Part shown: positions 28,434 to 32,000 of the stretch, in pieces
Position numbering within the stretch: position 1 is the stretch's first letter
Layout: each line of letters begins with the position of its first letter
Source of the DNA: Xylella taiwanensis
GTDB taxonomy: Bacteria > Pseudomonadota > Gammaproteobacteria > Xanthomonadales > Xanthomonadaceae
Length of the DNA stretch: 32,000 bases
Direction of reading: 5' to 3'
Assembly: GCF_013177435.1 (NCBI RefSeq)
Contig: NZ_CP053627.1
Coordinates: forward strand, 2,550,001-2,582,000
Made by a program: the position numbers and the translations under genes
Notes under the pieces: generated by a model
Told to the model about the DNA's origin: nothing
Databases searched by the model: none
What the model saw: the letters and a program-made list of their open reading frames with translations, nothing else

Positions 28434-31400
28434 GGCTTCACCATTTTTCCTGTAGCTGCGTCATAAACATATCCATGTTTTCCGAGATACTCCATTTCAC
28501 GGCCAAAGCCAGTCAGGGTTCCATCTAGTCTATAAATATTTCCTAATTCCTTGGAGTTTGGAATAAAGCGGTCGTAGTTTGGCGTTGTTGCCAGCACAAT
28601 GTCATCTCCTCTTTTTATAGCGGCATCAAGGAAGGGTTTATTGACCTGTTGCCAGAATTTCTCTGGGCCTAATGCGGCGTACAGACTATCTGGGGTATTC
28701 AGTAAATTAAACGAGCCAGGTTGTGTGGGGCCATCAATAATCATTGACTTGGGCAAGCTCAGTTCCGTGATGATGCGATCAGTGTCATTTTTAAAGGTTC
28801 CGAGCACCGTGGTGGTCTTATCAGGATTAGCCTTGATGACCACACCACTGGTTGTTCTGATTTCTGCCGGCAAGAGGTAAGCGGCACCATCTCGATAGAA
28901 GTGCTGAGCTTGTTGCGCACTGGCAATCGCCTCCGCACGGCCCAGCTGATAGGCCTTAGACGCGGCCATGCCTTCCAAGACATCTTTACTCAGATTGATG
29001 CCTACGTTGGTAAGGGCCGCGCCGCCTTTGGCCACACCGCCCACCCCCAAGACAACTGAACCAATATCCCAGACCAGGGTGCCAAGATCGCGACCGTATT
29101 GCTCGGCATGCTGATTACCTCCAACGGTCAGGGCCGTCTGCATGCGATCAATCTTGTGATCTATCTCCTGAAAAACGCTGTCGCTTAATTGCTGGCGTAC
29201 TTCTGGGTTGGTGATCAGCTCCTTCAGGCCACGAAGGCCAGCCATGGGGTTGGAGAGAAATTGCACCAGTCCTTGAATATCGCTGAGGCCTGATTCGGCT
29301 AAGCCTTTGACTAATCCAACGCCCGTTAATCCTTCTTGTCTTGCATAAATGGAACCCCATTTGGCCGCCACTTGCAGCGATTCCAAGAGGCCATTGGCCG
29401 CTGCAAGCTCCTGATTCATTTGCGCGTTTTGCTGGGTGGCAAGCCAGTTGTTATCCAGCGCCGCAGTGGCTGCATGGGTGGCGCTGGCTGCATGGGCATC
29501 GCCGGCGCTGGCAATGCCCGTGACCAGGGAAAGAATCAGGTTGCGTTTTGCTTCACGCTGCTGGGCGGTTTCATCGGGCGTGGTGGCGCTGAATAAACCG
29601 GTGAGTACGCTGGAGGCCGCCGCGCCCGTGGCCCCGCTGCCGCAGCCTTGCTGGCTGGCCGCAGCACCGGCGCACGCCACGATGGCATGCAAGGCCGCGT
29701 GTAAGGGCGTGCCTTCGGTGAGTTGCCCGTTGGCGACCAGGTGACCGATATAGGAGGCGCCTTGTTGCTGTACGTAGTTCACCAGCATGGTGTTAGCTAC
29801 CTCGCGCGTGGCAGCGCTGGCATTGCCACTGATGCCGGCGGCTAAGGCGGTAGTGATTTGCCGATAGGTGCCGCCGGGGGCCCAAGTGGCGTTGTCTTGG
29901 AGGCGCTGTTGTAGGGCCGCGATCAGGGCCGGGTCACGTTGGTGTTCGGGTTTGGCGCGTTCGCTGTCTAGGGCCTGTTGGGTTTGGGTGGCTTCTTGAG
30001 CGCGGTTGTTAATAAAGGTGCCGACTTCGCGCTGTAGGCCGCTGACGATGGTAAAGCCGGCTTTGATCTCTTGTTCGTTGAAGATCGGCTGCAGGGTGTG
30101 GCTGGTGTCTTGGCCGGTGAGCACGTCGTGGTTGAGGGCGGCGATGGTCTCGGCGGCGGTCTGCCCGGTGCGGGCCTGTTGGCCGGCTTGGTCACGGATG
30201 GTGATGGCGCCAGCGCTGATGCCGCTTTGGGTGGTGCTGTGGCTGGCGTCGCGGGCGTTGATGACGCCGGGGGGAGCCACGCTCACGCCGTGATAGCCCG
30301 GCAGTTGGGTGCCAGGCACCTGTTCTGCGGTGGCGGCGCGGCCTTGTTGGTCGGTCCCCACGCCGCCGGGGCCGCGGCTGTAGCCGCCGCCTAGGCTCAC
30401 GTGGCTGGCGCTGTAGGAGGCGTGGTTGTCCAGCGCTGTTTCGCTCAGGGTGGCGGTGTCCAGGACGTTCAGGCCCGCTTGGGCGGCGGCGGCGCTGGAG
30501 GTGATCAGGCCGCCCATCAGGGTGGTGTGCCCGCCCACGGTCACTTGAAAGCCCCCATCACCAGCCAGCAGGCCGCTTTGTTCGGTAACGCTGCTGTAGT
30601 CGCTGCGGATGGTGTGATGGTTGAGGTGGGCGCTGCCAGAAACACCAACCCCAGCGGTGAAGCTGCCGCCGATGCTTTGATCTTTGCTGCGGTACTGGTG
30701 GGTGTCTTGGAGGCTTTCGATGTCTAGGTTGCCGCCAATGGTGGCCATCAGCTGGGGGGCGCTGGCCACGGCGCCGCGTAGGATGGTGTTGCCCCCAGAT
30801 TCCAGCACCAGCAAGCGACCGCCCTGCACGCGGGTGTTGGTCCAGGTGACATCGGTACTGGCGCCGCTGCCTTTGGAGGCGCTGCCCTGGACGGTGAAGC
30901 CGGCGCTGGCGCCGCCGGTGCCCAGGTTCACCGCCACTCCCACGCCGTGACCGCTGCCGCGGCTGTCGCGGGTCATCTGTTCGGTGTTTTTGGCCGCCGC
31001 CATGACAAGGTCGCCATCGGCTTTGAGGTGGGTGACGTTGCCAGCGCTGATCTGGGTGCCGCTCAGGGTCAGGGTGGACTGTTCACCGGCGCCGGTGGCG
31101 CTGATGGTGATGTTGCCGCCGGCGTGGAGGGTGGATGCAACGGCGCGGTCGCTGTGGGTGGTGGTGGTGCTGTGGTATTGGGTGGTGCCCAGGGTCGCCG
31201 TGAGGTTTACGCCGCCCAGGACCTTGGGGTCGCTGCCGATGGCATCTACGGCGTTTCTGGCGGCCAGGGCGGCGGTGATTCCCGCTAGGGCCTGGAGGCG
31301 GGGGGTGGAGGTCCGCCCGGCGGCCGCTGTCATGTGCTGGGTGGTTTGGAAGGCCGCAATCGCTGGATTGCTCAGGCTCGCGGTCAGGCCGCTTTGGCGA

Positions 31401-32000
31401 AACTTAGTTTCCTGAGTGGTGTGCTCGGTCTCACGGGCTTCGACAATGGCTACTTTTTTGCCGTGGATGTCAATGTTGCCTTCCGGGGCAATCAGGTCGA
31501 TGCCAGGGGCCTGGACGGCGCCTTTGCTGGAGGAGATGAAGATGTTGCCATTGAGGGCGGCCACGGTGTTGCCGGTCAAGTAGGTGGCGTGGTGGCTGCC
31601 TTGTTGGCTGGCTTTTTGGGAGCCCACGGTGAAGCCGGCGCCAGAACCGAACACGCCGCTGCGGCGCTGGGTGGTGCTGTAGCTGGAGCTGTGGGTGTTT
31701 TGGGCGCCGAACATGCCCACGCCGTGGGTGCCTTCAATGTGGGGGTTGCCATCGGCTATAAAGTCGGTGCCAACGCTGTAAACCTTGTCGCCTGTGACGG
31801 TGACCTTGGTGCCGCCCAGGACGCTGCCCAGGGCAATGGTGTCTTGGCTGCTGGCGGTGCTGTGGCTACGGCTGGAGCCCCATAGGCCGCTGCGCCGGCT
31901 GGTGCGTTCTTCTTGGCCGCTGCGCCGTTCTTGGCCGGCCACCAGGGCCACGGTGCCGTCAGCAGAACTGATGTTCAGCTTGCCTTGGCGGCTGTCCAGG
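28430..32000 (-). CDS. cdiA: CdiA / filamentous-hemagglutinin family exoprotein, C-terminal ~1190 codons (5' end lies outside the window)
   Basis: The frame is open to nt 32000 (...DSRQGKLNISSADGTVALVAGQ...). It contains Gly/Ser/Thr-rich FHA-type repeats, a pretoxin region ending in an LDNN motif (29447-29458), and then a ~338 aa variable CT. Confidence 0.88.
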   Translation of the reverse strand, partial: LDSRQGKLNISSADGTVALVAGQERRSGQEERTSRRSGLWGSSRSHSTASSQDTIALGSVLGGTKVTVTGDKVYSVGTDFIADGNPHIEGTHGVGMFGAQNTHSSSYSTTQRRSGVFGSGAGFTVGSQKASQQGSHHATYLTGNTVAALNGNIFISSSKGAVQAPGIDLIAPEGNIDIHGKKVAIVEARETEHTTQETKFRQSGLTASLSNPAIAAFQTTQHMTAAAGRTSTPRLQALAGITAALAARNAVDAIGSDPKVLGGVNLTATLGTTQYHSTTTTHSDRAVASTLHAGGNITISATGAGEQSTLTLSGTQISAGNVTHLKADGDLVMAAAKNTEQMTRDSRGSGHGVGVAVNLGTGGASAGFTVQGSASKGSGASTDVTWTNTRVQGGRLLVLESGGNTILRGAVASAPQLMATIGGNLDIESLQDTHQYRSKDQSIGGSFTAGVGVSGSAHLNHHTIRSDYSSVTEQSGLLAGDGGFQVTVGGHTTLMGGLITSSAAAAQAGLNVLDTATLSETALDNHASYSASHVSLGGGYSRGPGGVGTDQQGRAATAEQVPGTQLPGYHGVSVAPPGVINARDASHSTTQSGISAGAITIRDQAGQQARTGQTAAETIAALNHDVLTGQDTSHTLQPIFNEQEIKAGFTIVSGLQREVGTFINNRAQEATQTQQALDSERAKPEHQRDPALIAALQQRLQDNATWAPGGTYRQITTALAAGISGNASAATREVANTMLVNYVQQQGASYIGHLVANGQLTEGTPLHAALHAIVACAGAAASQQGCGSGATGAAASSVLTGLFSATTPDETAQQREAKRNLILSLVTGIASAGDAHAASATHAATAALDNNWLATQQNAQMNQELAAANGLLESLQVAAKWGSIYARQEGLTGVGLVKGLAESGLSDIQGLVQFLSNPMAGLRGLKELITNPEVRQQLSDSVFQEIDHKIDRMQTALTVGGNQHAEQYGRDLGTLVWDIGSVVLGVGGVAKGGAALTNVGINLSKDVLEGMAASKAYQLGRAEAIASAQQAQHFYRDGAAYLLPAEIRTTSGVVIKANPDKTTTVLGTFKNDTDRIITELSLPKSMIIDGPTQPGSFNLLNTPDSLYAALGPEKFWQQVNKPFLDAAIKRGDDIVLATTPNYDRFIPNSKELGNIYRLDGTLTGFGREMEYLGKHGYVYDAATGKMVKP

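Overview
The window has two parts. Nt 1-19.9 kb is a housekeeping and carbohydrate-utilisation backbone of a gamma/beta-proteobacterial type (possibly Xanthomonadales-like; I cannot confirm this). It carries a 5'-truncated M28 peptidase, a secreted GH5 endoglucanase, gltB-gltD on the minus strand, proC, and a TonB-dependent receptor followed by a GH29 alpha-L-fucosidase. These genes are separated by unusually long, C/A-rich spacers with no convincing ORFs. At least two of the spacers contain decayed transposase genes (IS630-like and IS5-like). A tmRNA gene (ssrA, tag peptide ANEDNYALAA) lies at 19899-20251.

From about 20.6 kb to the window end, the minus strand carries the 3' part of a contact-dependent inhibition (CDI) locus. 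It starts with the C-terminal ~1190 codons of a cdiA/filamentous-hemagglutinin gene with its own CT toxin and immunity gene. Downstream is an array of six further orphan toxin/immunity cassettes that ends convergently at ssrA.

The most notable content is a small (~95 aa) toxin domain that I cannot place in a family, paired with a ~135 aa immunity protein. This pair occurs four times in diversified copies, and one immunity copy is interrupted at a G10 homopolymer that is exactly one G short of an intact frame. The array also contains:
- an Endonuclease_NS_2-like (His-Me finger) orphan toxin;
- a ~714 bp near-identical direct repeat shared by two orphans;
- a 168 bp homology block shared with the resident cdiA;
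- a ~160 bp cassette-junction repeat present three times.

cdiB and the 5' part of cdiA lie outside the window. All family assignments come from motif recognition by eye. No database search was possible.
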